Shown here: positions 43,407-57,450 of the stretch, piece by piece
Layout of the letters: each line of letters starts with the position of its first letter
Numbering within the stretch: the stretch's first letter is position 1
Assembly: GCF_009914755.1 (NCBI RefSeq)
Contig: NC_060945.1
Origin: the human T2T-CHM13v2.0 reference genome, Homo sapiens
Length of the DNA: 64,000 nt
Reading direction: 5' to 3' (one strand)
The notes under the pieces: generated by a model
Seen by the model: only the letters and a program-made list of their open reading frames with translations
Told to the model about the DNA's origin: nothing
Database searches by the model: none
Made by a program: the position numbers and the translations under genes

Positions 43407-43693
43407 TGATATGGTTTGGCTGTGTCCCCACCCAAATCTTATGTTGAATTGTAGTTGCCATAATCCCCAGGTGTAGTGAGAGGGACCATTGAATCATGAC
43501 GGCAGTTACCTACATACTGTTCTTGTGATAGTAAGTGAGTTCTCACAAGATCTGATGGTTTTTTTAAGGGGCTTTTCCCCTTCTCCTCGGCACTTCTCCT
43601 TGCTGCTGCTATGTGAAGAAGGATGTATTTGCTTCCCCTTCTGACATGACTGTAAGCTTCCTGAGGCCCCCCAAGGCAGGCCGAACTGTGAGT
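43407..43693 (+). mobile_element. THE1D-like LTR, 3'-truncated
   Basis: TGATATGGTTTGGCTGTGTCCCCACCCAAATC…ggggcttttcccc…gaactgtgagt; the normal 3' end is missing. Confidence 0.88.
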
Positions 43694-44880
43694 TCAAACA
43701 ATGGTTTGAACTAGTGCTCAAAAAATGTGTGTTAAGTCAATGAGTGAATGAATTAAAAAAATGAGTCCAGTAGATAAAATAAATGTTGAAAGAGCAACAA
43801 TCAATAAGATTCTGAGTTTCCTTAGGACAGGTATCCAACCATTGTTTTTGTATTTCCACTGCCTTGCACATTGCTTGATACAAACTCAATAAATGGCGAC
43901 AACTATGTAAATTAATAAATGATATTTTAAAATCACAATGAAAATATTTCTTTTTTGAAGATGCAAGTAAAGTCATAACTGAATGCTTTTACTTTTGTAA
44001 CATATCTCTTTTTATGAGTAATGCCATAATTGAATTCACAGTTTCAGTTATACAGTGAATCGATTGTGTAAGCTGTCTCTCCAAAAGAAAGGTAATATTA
44101 CCTCAGGAAGCTAAATCACATCTTATCTACACATGCAATTGAGGGGCAAAGGAGCAGCTTCCCTCTTAGAGGGAAATAAAATCTCTTGGGGATAATGTAC
44201 TTAAATAGACAAAACTTATGAAGTGGCTTAAATCATGCTGTATGTGGATTACATGGCAAAGAAAGATTGCTGATGGGATTCAACGTCTCATATCTTTGGG
44301 CCAACTGTGTTCAATTAAACTAGGTTTCTTAGGAAGGAAAAAATATATCAGTAAGAAGCCCATGGGGAGGGCTGGGAATTCACTGATAAATAGTACACTG
44401 AGCTTAATAAATAAGATACGGATTAAGAGTAGACCTGAAACTGAATTGTATTTTTGTAGGTTGCACACTTCAGAGTTCTGCTGTACAGAGCAATGTGTGG
44501 TGAAACATATTGTGATCACTTGGGCACAGATGGTACAGAGCTGACAAGTCTAAAACTGCAAGGTCTGTAACAGTAAACTCATCACCATAAGAAAGAAGCC
44601 AACCAATCACCTCTAAAATATGCTGTGTTTCTGCCTTATGTTTACTAAAGAAAACTGGGAATGCATGTGAATAAATGTATTGTCATGTTACAATCACCTG
44701 AAAACAGTTCTTTACATACTTAACCAACCCTTGACTTATAAAATGTCATTTTCATGATGATCCACATGTTCCAAGACTTTGGGTTTGTAATAAAATATTA
44801 TAATTGTCCTACTTGGTTGATTGTGGTGTAATTTAAATCCACATTTAAGAAATTCATTTGTTTTAAAATATTGATAATTC

Positions 44881-45224
<344 letters not shown>

Positions 45225-45226
<2 letters not shown>

Positions 45227-45654
45227 ATAAAAGAAAAACTTCAGCCGAGTTAAATTTAAAGAAGTTTAATTGAGCAATGAATGATTCATGAATCAGGCAG
45301 CCCCCAAAATCACAGCAGATTCACAGAGACTCCAGGGATGCCTCGTGGTCAGAACAAATTTATAGACAAAAAAAGGTAAAGTGACATAGAGGAATCAGAA
45401 GTGAGGTACAGAAACAGTGAGATTGGTTACAGCTTGTCATTTGCCTTATTTGAATGCAGTTTGAATATTCAGCAGTCTATGAGTGGTTGAAGTATGGCAT
45501 CTGGGATTGGCCAATACTCAGCCATCGTTACAGGTGCATACTATTAAGTTAGGTTTTCAATTTTGTTGGACTATTAATCTAGGTTAGAGTTCATCCACAA
45601 GGACTCAAATGTAGAAGTATAGAGTCCTTCTCAGGCCATGTTATTTTGCTTTAA

Positions 45655-45656
<2 letters not shown>
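45225..45656 (-). mobile_element. MER57A-like ERV1 solo LTR
   Basis: Reverse complement begins ttaaagc…atggcctgagaaggactctatacttctacatttgagtccttgtggatgaac and ends ggctgaagtttttctttta. Confidence 0.85.

Positions 45657-45658
<2 letters not shown>

Positions 45659-45690
<32 letters not shown>
45659..45690. repeat. (TG)16 microsatellite
   Basis: Direct reading. Confidence 0.95.
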
Positions 45691-45695
<5 letters not shown>

Positions 45696-47749
45696 AATAT
45701 ATAATTCTCTTTAAATTAAAATTATGGGAATTTACAGACTGGATTTTACTATCTACACTCATAATCACATGTCAAAAATAAAACAGATACAAAGTTTTCC
45801 CTCAAACCTGAAGACAAAATAATGTAATTTTAATTTAAATTATCTGCATTTTATAATGACTTTAGTAGAAAGCTTAAAATAGGAAAACTTCTCCCCCAAC
45901 TAAGTGAACTTTTTCTCAAGACACACTTAATATACTATTTAAAGAATACAACCTCAATTTTTAACTTTGTCTCCCATGAATAATAATAGTACCAGCTGAA
46001 TTCAGTACGATCTCCGCCTCAGGCACATTGTGAATTTGAAGTCCTTGCAATTTCTCATTCTCTTTAAGTCAAAAATGGACTTGAAATGTCATAAGAATTT
46101 TAAACCTAGATAGAAACAACTGTCTAGCTCAGCAATTACTGTGCCACCATGTCCTATGCAAGATTCATCTACAGAAATTATCACAAATGATTTTTATAAA
46201 TCTGTAATTTAAAATAGCACACTTTAAAATAATAAAAATTATAAATTAAATTAAGCATTATTATAGAAAATCATTGGCCCCATTGCAGAAGATAATTTAA
46301 TGAGTCTTCATTTTTGGGAAATGACAGTAATTGAAGAGCATTATATATGTATATAATATTTTTATATATAAATATATATGTAAACATATAAATTATAGCA
46401 GCTAACATCTACTATAGGCTATTTACAAATTTATATATATGTAACTTATATGTTTCATATCTATAACATATAAGTTCAAAAATCTTTCTATTATAAATAT
46501 TTCAGAAAATTGTTATTCTTGAAATAACCAAAAAATTAACTATAGAAGAAATACTTATATTTTTAAAATTACTGATAGCCAATATTTTATGCTCTAAAAT
46601 ATTCACAAAACTCAACAAGAAATATCTAAACTCCCCATATATAGATGGGCAATAACATTGATACAAAGTAAGAAATATAGGCTAAAACAAATTTCTGTGA
46701 TATACTGTGTCACTAATAACCCTATAAATGGAAATGAGAGCAATATAACGTAACATAATTCAGAATAGTCAAAACTCTGAGCTGAAAAGTCAATGCCAGT
46801 GAAGATAAGATAAAACCACTACACTTCTGAGAAATAAATTGGTATACTTATTTTACAGACAACAATTTGCATTACAGCAAGTGGAAATGGAAGCACGCTA
46901 TATTGTATTCTATGGAAAATAACTACAGGTTTTAAAATACCAACATATACATGACAGAAAAGACTAGTTTTGATGAAAGAAAAAATATCCAGTGATTATT
47001 CCAGTTGTTTTAGGATGGTGAAATTAACAGGCTTTTCTCTGTTCTACTTCTATGCATTGGTTTTAATGTTTTTATAATTTTAAATGATGATTATAAAGAC
47101 ACTTTTGAAACATGAAGATATTTATTATATAGCATTGACTAAAAATATATTCTGGTGTAACTTGGAGTTTCTAAAATATGAAAAAAGGAGGTAAGATATT
47201 GTAAAAAACAGAAATGTAGTGTTGTTAAAATTTTAAAAATAAGGATTTTTAAATTATTTTTCATTGCCTTTCTTTTTGTGGTGACATCTTTTAAACAAGA
47301 AGTTGAATGATCAATACATGTTTCCCAGAAGCTAAGATTCTCTATGATTTGTTGGCAAATATATGTTTTGTAATAGTCATCCAAATTCTATCACAGATGC
47401 AGCTTTTGTGTGCTAGAATTATTTGACCACGCAAGAACTGATTTATTTTTAATTTTATATATATTATTATGCCACGTTTTGGACTTGTGAAACATGCAAT
47501 ATGAATTTTTTCTTGTTGAGGTTTCTATATTTAGACAGCATATTTTTCAGGAAAGTAAAAGGTTTATGTAGCTTTTTAGAAAAAGCAAACATTGTGATGT
47601 TCTGGAGTAGGCAAAAGTTAGTACAGAAACTACTGATTCAAAACATCGACTTGCTAATATTGAGCTTGCAGTAGATGTTAGCTGCTGTGTTTTGAAACCT
47701 TCATTAGACCACAGTTTTAGACACTTAGGTTATTTAACAGCAACAGTGG

Positions 47750-47985
47750 CAACAAGAACAACATCAAAAATTTATTAAGGCCGCTTCTGTGCCTGGCACC
47801 TTATCGCCAGTCTCAAGTTTAATTCATATCCCAGCCCTATGAGGTAAGGTTATTATTATTCCTATTTTATATATAAAGAAACTTAGTCCCTGAGAGATTT
47901 GGTCATTTCTCCAGGAACATGCAAGGAGGAGTGAGTGAAAGAGATCAATTGCAAGCCAGCGGGACCCTGGAACTGAAGCCTTCAC
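47750..47985 (-). mobile_element. MIR
   Basis: ccctatgaggtaaggttattattattcctatttta. Confidence 0.7.
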
Positions 47986-48054
47986 CTAGATCTCCCTCCC
48001 TCTTGTTACACTTTCCTTATCACTTCTCTGTCTACATATGATGCGCTTCATCTA

Positions 48055-48428
48055 TAATATGGTTTGGATTTGTGTCCCTGCCCAAATCTCATGGCATTTT
48101 GGAGGAGGGGCCTGGTGGGAGGTGACTGGATCATGGGGGCAGATTTCCCCCACGCTGTTCTCACGATAGCAAGTGAGTTCTCACGAGAACTGATGGTCTA
48201 AAAGTGTGTGGCACTTCCCCATCACTCTTTCTCTCCCTCCTGCCACCACGTGAAGGGGGTCAGTGCTTACCCTATGCCTTCCGCCAGGATTGTAAGTTTC
48301 CTGAGATCTCCCAGTCATGCTTCCTGTTCAGACTGCAGAACAATTAGTGAGTCAGCTGAACCTCTTTTCTTCCCAAATTACCCAGGCTCAGGTAGTTCTT
48401 TATAGCAGTGTGAGAATGAACGAATACA
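48055..48428 (+). mobile_element. MSTA-like MaLR solo LTR
   Basis: taatatggtttggatttgtgtccctgcccaaatctcatg…gaatgaacgaataca; TSD atcta/atctg. Confidence 0.9.
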
Positions 48429-50035
48429 ATCTGGTCCTTCATACAATAACAAGCATGCTTACAATGTGCCCTCAAAGAGCACCCAGTCACTTACTCCTCC
48501 AGGTAATCACCATCACTGAACATCTTCATTTAATTTATAGCAAAAGCTTCTCCCTTCCTTCATCCTGAGGTTTTCTCTGGCTTGAAAGATTCTGTTGGAG
48601 CAGGTGCAGGTGAGCATCCTCTCCTTCCCTACTTTGCTTTTCTTCTCAACTTCCTCCTCCATTCACCAGCTTAGGTTCTACCCCATGCAGGGTCAGGCCA
48701 AGAAGTGAGAGATCAAAAGAGATTGGATTTGATTTGGGGAAACAAATGCTGTCATGATCTGTGAGGGTGTCTTCTGGGTAAGGCAGGCACCCAGCTTTGA
48801 ATCTTTCTTTCTGAAGTGCTGGGTGAATTTTTCAGATTCTCCCTCTGGGAAAAATTCTCCCACTAGGAGCAATTTGAGAGATCTACTGCTCCCTCCACTG
48901 GCTTCTTTCTGCTTCAGTTTGCTACCTTCTCTTCCATGCAATCTGCTTGGAGAATCCCTCTGTGTGAACACCGAAAAGACAGATGTTTGTTTCACCATGA
49001 GTTGAACTCATCTCTAATAGAAAGCAACCTGTCTCTTTCTCTTTCCTCTGTCTCTGGCAGATCTGGACTCACCTTCCATTGCAGCCCTCAGACTGTCCAA
49101 ACCTGGGTGAGACAAACTCCCTGACTTTCCTAGTGATTTTCTTCTTCTTCACCTCTCCTTGGGCTATGTTAAATATCTCTTCTCGTTACCCATGTTGTAG
49201 GGAAAGGAGAGAGGCCACAGTAGGCAGGGGGCAAAGAGCATTTCAATAACTATGAATAATTCTATTATTAAAGACACCTTGTAATGCTAATGACTTATAA
49301 CCCTAACACTAGCAGAAACAGTTTTACCATTTCTTACCATATTCCAGCCAAGTATACTGGTCTCGCTTTATGAAAAGTGAGTGCTCTGCATTTACTGTAT
49401 TGTTCATGTCTTTGGGTTCTAGAGGCACTGAGACACTAAGAATCTCATTTTAACAATATAATGTGTACCACAACCTAGTTCTTTCCAGCAACCCTCTCTG
49501 CTTGTTAGTTTGCTATACAACTCTAGGTTCTGACATCTCTGCTCCCATGCCCTTTCCTTCACTTGGAATAGAGAGCACAAAGGTAGGATTTTTTTTCTTT
49601 TTAGTTCTGATGTATTCCTTGTATCTGGACCAACACTTACTATACTCACAGTGACTGAATATAAATTGACTTCCTCAAAGAAAAGAAGGGGGCTTCACTC
49701 AATTGTCTTTTAGTTAATCTTGTTCTAACCTCTGACTCATGTCTCCTACATTCTGATTGATGGTCTCAAACATCTGGTTGGAGAGGTCAAAAATGCATTA
49801 ATAGGCTCAGTCTTCTAAGACCCTCTTTAGAAATTATGGAGGAAAAGATTTCTACCCAAGCACAGCTTTGCAGGATTGGAAATGATGCCTTCATTACCAA
49901 GTTATCTATTATGAGCTATCCTCAAGTAGGACTCACCAGTCATACTTTAGAACTGAATGATACTATAAGACATTAAAAATATTACTTCTTTTCAATAGGC
50001 TTCTTAACTAGATTAAGAAATGAGCTAACACATCA

Positions 50036-50464
50036 TGTAGTTGGTAGCCTCACAGAAGGTCTCCAGTAATCCTTGCTTCCTGATATTCATGCCTTTCCCT
50101 GTGTAATGTGGGTGGACCCAGTGACCCTCCAAAGAATCGGTTTTGACAAAGTAAAGGGCTGTCACTTCTAATATTAGATTACAAAAAGTATGGGGCTTCC
50201 ATCTTGGGTTCTATTTCTCACTCTCCTTCTGGTCCACTCTTAGGGAAGCCACCTTCCACTTAGTGAGCTGCTCTATGGAGAGGCCCACTTGTTAGGAAAT
50301 TAAGGGTGGCCTGAGCTAAGAGTGAGCAAGAGACCCTGACTGAGAGTTACTAAGCTAAGCCACAGCTTGATCCCTGACCCACAGAAAATGTGACCCAGTA
50401 GATGCTGTTTTAAGCTGTAACATTTGGAGTTAGTTTGCTATGTAGCAGTAAAAAATAATAAACA
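50036..50464 (+). mobile_element. MLT1F-like LTR
   Basis: atggagaggcccac; ctaagctaagccac…cctgacccacagaaaatgtga; gtttgctatgtagcag. Confidence 0.75.
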
Positions 50465-50951
50465 CGCAGAAATACATAAATAATGATGCATGCGTTTTGC
50501 TTAGATAGTAAAACATATACATTTCCTTCCTAATTTATTGATTTGTATTTTTAAATAAGTGATCAAACCGAAAGGATTTTATATCTAATTTTCAGTCCAA
50601 GGGAAACTTGCTATAAACAGAACACCTTGTTAAATGAGTATTTTATATAACAAATTGTTTAATCAGGAGAGGATTCGAAATATTAAATCCTTATACATAC
50701 CTAGTGCTCTATAGTCTCTAAAGGTCATTCACATGTAGTATTTCTCTAAACCTTTTATAGCCTTGTAATGCAGATATTAATTTTATTTACAGGTGAAAAT
50801 AAAACTCAAAAATTGTGATCTCATGCATACACAATTCACACATTTTTCCCTTAGAACACCTTAAGCCCTGTCTTTATCCAACAAACTCTTCCTCATGCTT
50901 CAAAATCCAGTTTTACTCTATCTTCCTCTTAATTCATCTCCTGACTCCCAT

Positions 50952-51321
50952 TGCTATAAAAAGAATGTTCATGGCACCCTAAAATTCATATGTTGAAACC
51001 CTAACCTGCAATATGGTGGTATTAGGAGGTAGGGCCCCTGGAAAGTGATTAGGATTAGATGAGCTAAAGAGGATGAACCTTTCATGAATGGGATTAGTGC
51101 CCTTATGAGAGTCCTTAGAGAGCTTGCCTCTTTCTACTCTCCTCCATGTGAGGATACAATGAGAAGTCAGCCATCTACAACTGGGAAGAGAGCCCTCACC
51201 AGAAAAGGACCATGCTGGCATTCTGGTCTTGAACTTCCAGCCTCCAAAACCCTGAGAAATAAATTTCTGTTGTTATGAGCTACACAATTTATAGTATTTT
51301 GTTATAACAGCCCAAACTGAC
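50952..51321 (+). mobile_element. MLT1A/MLT1A0 solo LTR
   Basis: aaaattcatatgttgaaaccctaac…atgaatgggattagtgcccttat…ttccagcctccaaaaccctgagaaataaatttctgttgtt. Confidence 0.88.
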
Positions 51322-51592
51322 GCCCTGCAGAGTTCATGTCTCCCATCATTTGCATGTACATATTTTTCTTCAGCTTTCACAGTCTCACAATTCCTCTTCC
51401 ATGGTGGAAACTTCTTTACTGGCTGAAAGCTTCTCTTAGGCAGGAGCTACGCAATATTCTTTTTCATACCCTCAATACATTACAATACCTGAGATAGCAA
51501 GTGCTTAGTAAATGAGTCTTACATTATTGAATAAAGCATTAAATTTGGCATTTTTAATGGAGTGGTATTGCTTCCAAGGGGACAAGAATTGA

Positions 51593-51945
<353 letters not shown>

Positions 51946-52519
51946 ACAACATACACAATATACAACTATGAATGTCTTACAGTCCATAAGTAGGTATACA
52001 GTACGATCAAAATTTTAATGACATTTAGCTAATTAGGAAAAACATCTAGAAAGACTACTTCTTAGAAGAGCAACAATGAAAAAAGTTGAAAAATACTGTA
52101 TTAAATGAACCATGTAAATTCAGGAGGTAGGACTCGAACACAGATTTTTCTGATTGAGCTAGATGTCATTTCCTTTATGCCATCATCTCTTCAGCAATTA
52201 AAAGAAAAAAGAGAAAAAATTTACAAACATGTCTTCTCTGAAAACAAAGATAATTCAGAAGCTATTTTATATGAAGATATTTCCTTGTGTTTTATTTTGT
52301 CTTTTGTTTTCCTCGACCACTCAAAATTTGCTAAGCTTTTATACATACACATACACACGCACTATACATACAGCTTATTTAGATGAACCCTAATGATATG
52401 GCTAATCCACTTTACATGATGAGCAAGCCAATATAAAGTTTATCCTTATTTGTATTTAATCATTTAATTTGAAACACAATCATATGGGCCAGGCTTTGCA
52501 GATGCCTTTCTTGCTATGT

Positions 52520-52810
52520 AGGGAGTTGACAATGGTAATTATCTGATTTGCTCCAACAAAGTTAACCTCAGCTGAGGATTTCCAGCCCATTAACAATCAC
52601 CTACAGTTTGCAGCGCAAATGGATCTCCCACTGTCAAATCGGATTAGCGCTTTCCTTGGCCTTTTTGAATCATTCCCTGACAAAAAATCAATTGGTAGAA
52701 CTGCATTACAGCTGTCTGTCATCCATTTGAATCAGCTTCATCATGACCATTTGTCAAAACTAGTGCCAAATACCTTAGAAAATTTGACAAGATAATGGTA
52801 ATGGCTGTTC
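52520..52810. promoter_or_regulatory. Candidate developmental enhancer (TALE/SOX/homeobox motif cluster)
   Basis: Six TGACA/TGTCA sites, plus ACAATG, TAATTA, GGATTA, AAATCAAT and CAGCTG, in apparently unique sequence. Motif evidence only. Confidence 0.4.
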
Positions 52811-53977
52811 AACATTCAGTGTATGGAAGATTTGTGCAGCAATCTCCATCATAAAACATCAACACTACTGAATACCTATTGTGAATTATTATATGTAAAA
52901 AGCAGAACATCAGTATTTGCTCTCTGGAATCTAAAAATGTGTGTGAACTTCAGCTAAACAATGAGGGAGAACACTTAGATCCAATTTATAGGAGCCAGAG
53001 GCAAAACGTACACAATGAATGTGCAGGTTTATGAGAATGAACATGTTTCCTTTTTAAATCTATAATCGACTTAAAAAATTTAAAAAAAACACTAATCTAT
53101 TAAAGCAATTCCCAGGCAGTGTCAAACATCCAATGAACTTTTACACTTTGTATGGCATATTGTTAATGATCGGTAAATATTTTTGACTGATTAAATCATT
53201 CTCATTAAATTGATCTGTGTTAAACAGTTTACCCTTTCCTTTGAAATCACGTCTTCCGGTTGAAAAGCTAAGAAATCAGTACTTTTTAAAAAAAATTTTA
53301 AATAAGAATTCTTGTTCTGTGACTAAATAAAAGTGTGGGGATTTAAGAAAGAAAAGTGAAAATCAATGCTAAGTTTTTCAGAATTGTAGCCTTATGCAAG
53401 AATGTACAACTCACTGTCCCCTATTCACAGTAAGGCCCAGTTTACTAACATCGATTACTTAGTTTTCCCTCCCTTACAGTCTACTGGCAGAGAAGCAAGC
53501 AGGTTCAAATACACACTCTGTGTTAGGGATAGTATAAGATTTCCAGAATATTAACCAACATGTTTTTGGTGGTGTTGTTTTTCCCCCTAAAATGGCTTTT
53601 ATCCCACATCCCTTCCTCCTTGTCCAGGCTGCTCTTGTCTCAGGGAAAGCATGACATAGCAAGAGAAAGAAACATGCCTGCCCTTGCTTTAAAATGTACA
53701 AAGTCCCTCTTCTGGAATAAATCAAAGGGACTCCTGTGTAGGAAAATACATGCAAGTGGGAAAATATGTGAGAATGTGAGGGAGAGATTCTGAATTCAAA
53801 AGATGTGATAAAATTCCCAGGATAGGAGCAGAAGAAATTTAGAGGAGAAACAAAAGCTGAGTAGATGCTGTGGGTCCCCGAGTAAGGACACTTGCCCACC
53901 CGATCTTTTAATGTGAGCTTAGGGAAGAGGGGAGGCAGAAAGGGCTTAAGGTGTCTGACAGAAACTACCTGTCATAA

Positions 53978-54297
<320 letters not shown>

Positions 54298-54344
54298 CTA
54301 CTTGTCGTAGACTGTTTGAGTGGCAACTAAACACCATAAATGCC

Positions 54345-54590
54345 ACCATTTCCTGGTGCCTTCTCACTGTGTCCTCATATGATGAAAGGGACAAGGCATC
54401 TCTCTGGTGCCTCTTTTATAAGGACATGAATCCCATCTATGAGGGTTTTGTCTTCATTCTCTAGTGAAAGAAATTTTTTCTTCTTTCTCTAATGGAAACC
54501 TCCCAAAGACCCCTCTCCTAATATCATCACATTGGTGATCAGGTTTCAACAAATGAATTTGGGGGAGATACAAACACTCAGACCATAGCA
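54345..54590 (-). mobile_element. MLT1A-like LTR fragment
   Basis: ccttctcactgtgtcctcatatg…gaatttgggggagatacaaacactcagaccatagca. Confidence 0.8.
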
Positions 54591-54865
54591 GTATTTTTCT
54601 CGATTTGCCCTTTTTCCTGGGTAGAATTTCCAGGAAGCAATGAAACCCCAGAGGACAAATGCCTGTGGGATGTATCAAGGCAGACAGACTGAGCAGCATC
54701 AAATAATTCCCGGTGCCTCAGCAGGAGCTGCAAAATCAATGGGTTTCCCCTGTCCCTGAGTGTAGCATGAAATGGGAAAGGACATCAGATAATGTCACAG
54801 AGGGTCCTGAAGTCCAGTGTAGGGCAAGGGAGTAGTAGAATGATCTCAAACTGTCAAGAAGTCCA

Positions 54866-55164
54866 GGCTGGGCATGGTGGCTCACGCCTGTAATCCCAGT
54901 ACTTTGGGAGGCCGAGGCAGGCAGATCACGAGGTTAGGAGATCGAGACCATCCTGGCTAACAGGGTGAAACCCTGTCTCTACTAAAAATACAAAAACTTA
55001 GCCAGGCGTGGTGGCGGGTGCCTGTAGTCCCAGCTATTCGGGAGGCTGAGGCAAGAGAATGGGGTGAACCCGTGGGGCGGAGCTTGCAGTGAGCCGAGGT
55101 AGCGCCACTATACTCCAGCCTGGGTGACAGAGCAAGACACCGTCTCAAAAAAAAAAAAAAAAAA
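54866..55164 (+). mobile_element. AluY
   Basis: Diagnostic gatcacgagg, gagatcgagaccatcctggctaac, gaatggggtgaaccc and gagcttgcagtgagccgag. TSD aagaagtcca / aataagtcca. Confidence 0.93.
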
Positions 55165-56909
55165 TAAGTCCAGAAACACCTTACAGATAGAAAAGCAAAA
55201 GAACACAGTAGTAATCTTAACAGACCAAAATTTGTAATCAGTTCATAATTCAAAGGACAGGTGATGACAGAGGACAGGAAATGCCATCTGCACCCCTTGT
55301 CTGACCTCAACACTCATCCTTGACAATCACCAACCTATAGTTTTATTTCACAAGAATTTTCACAATGATTTCACAATCTTTCCTTTCCTTTTTTTTTTTT
55401 TTAATAAGAGTAGACCTATGGGTAAAGAATGGGCTCTCTCTTCTCTCATTCATTCTCCGATGTAAAGGAACAACATCAGATCCAACTGATCTCATTCATA
55501 ACAAATGTTCTAAGCTTTCATGCAAATAACTACCATCCTGTCCTTTATTTATCAACTTTTTCCTGAACTGCAGGTACTGGACAGTTACTCAAAAAGGGAA
55601 AATATAAGAAAAAGTAGAGTTAAGACTGGGCAATGCTTTTTAGGCATGCTTTACCTCCATAACAAAGATTATAACAAAAGTGAAGAATGAGAACATAGAT
55701 TTTGTTTTGAAAATTTTCAATAGTTTATGCAAATTTCCAAAGGAAAAAAAATTTAATGTAACCATCTTAGGAAAGGTCATTCTGCCTAATAGGGGAAAAA
55801 AATGTATATGTGACTTGAGCTGTCTGTTAAACAGAAACATAAAGTTGTCTGTTAAACATAAACAGGGAGGAAACGTATGTTACTGTTAAACATAATTTTT
55901 TGTTTATTTGTGATAGAAGTAATAATAATTTACTAAGCATTATTAAAATTTAAGAAGAAATGAGTTTGTTCTGGGTTATGAAAAACAGAACTCAGAAAGA
56001 TTCTACATGTCACACCGGCAGGCAACACAGCATTAACAAATGCAACTGTCCAACAACTCACAAGCTCTACTTCCTTTATTTTTTTTCTGTTTTCCAGGTG
56101 CCCCCTTCATAGAATTTCTCATTCATTGATGTGGTCCAATACCATATCATCAATCCCTGTGTCCCTGAAGCAAATTCATCAAGTAATCCATTATGCTCAA
56201 AGTGGGCGTAAAATATTTTTATTTATCCACAGAAAGTCTGGATCATTCTACAGATTTCTTTGTTTACTTCCTCAGACACCCCACTCCTACCCATTTTTGG
56301 AAAAGTGTATATAACATGCAATCGATTTTCACATTCTATCCTTTCTTCTAGGTAATGACAGGGCCAGTTTACAAAAAAGTGTGTTCATTTCCTCCTTTCA
56401 GAGTCTCCACATTGAGCCCAGGTGCAGAACATGTGCCCTCATCATGCCAATATCCTTCTGCTGTAAGGTATGGAGTGGAGCGAAGTCATGTGCTAAGATC
56501 AGCCCAGGGTGGGTGTTCATTCTCTCAGGCTCCCTTTGTCCACTGCTCTCTCAAACTCTCTTTAAAGCATGGCAAGTAAAAATGGTGAATGTTCCTTTCT
56601 GACCAATTTTTTTAAAAAAATCTTGAATACTTTTTATTTACTCAATTGAAGTTTTAAATACCTAAATTTAGAAACTTCTATATTATTTCTAAATTAGTGT
56701 TCTATTTTTTAATATGGTAGCAGGAATTAACAGGATACATGGTAGGTCTTAAAGATGAGAGATTTTCTATCTTAAATGTAGGAATAAATAAACATTTATT
56801 GTATAACATAGATTTTCAATGAATATTTTGATAAAGTAGAATCAGAAATATAAATTCAGTTGCCCTAGAACCATCTGGGTAGCTGAAGATGGACTCTAAA
56901 GAGCAACAA

Positions 56910-57140
56910 ATAATAATAATTAACATTTATTAAGCATTCTTCCTAAAGGTAAAAATGTATTACCTCATTTAATCTTCATAATAAACCTATAGTTAGGCAC
57001 TGTTATTTCCTCATTTTGCTGATAAGGAGACTGAGAAACAAAGAAGTTAGGTAAACTTTTCTTACAGTTAGGAAGAGAGAGAGCCTGGATTCAAATCCTT
57101 ACCATCTTGTTCCACAGACTATATTTAACTAGAGTGCCTC
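56910..57140 (-). mobile_element. MIR
   Basis: cctcatttaatcttcataataaacctat…cattttgctgataaggagactgag…ggattcaaatcc. Confidence 0.8.
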
Positions 57141-57231
57141 TAATATAGAACAAGTCAAGGCCTTCAACTGATGCATCAATAAGAACAATAAGATAAAGAG
57201 GCAGAAAATGGACATACAGGTGATTGGTAGA

Positions 57232-57272
57232 TAGCTAGCTAGCTAGCTAGATACAAACATACATATATAGAT

Positions 57273-57319
<47 letters not shown>

Positions 57320-57450
57320 GGATAGATAATAGATAGATACTTAGAGAATGGACGGATGGAGAGAGAAAATGATGATGATGATGATGAGAAACTGATGTGG
57401 ATGGATGGACAGATGGGTGGACAAACAAATGAACAGAGAGATGGATGAAA
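57232..57450. repeat. Compound STR: (TAGC)4, (GATA)11 at 57273-57316, then (GAT)n/(GATG)n
   Basis: Direct reading. Confidence 0.95.

Noticed and set aside
53474-53899. Longest ORF in the track (141 aa, - strand)
   Set aside because: No recognisable domain, non-ATG start, composition typical of a chance ORF.
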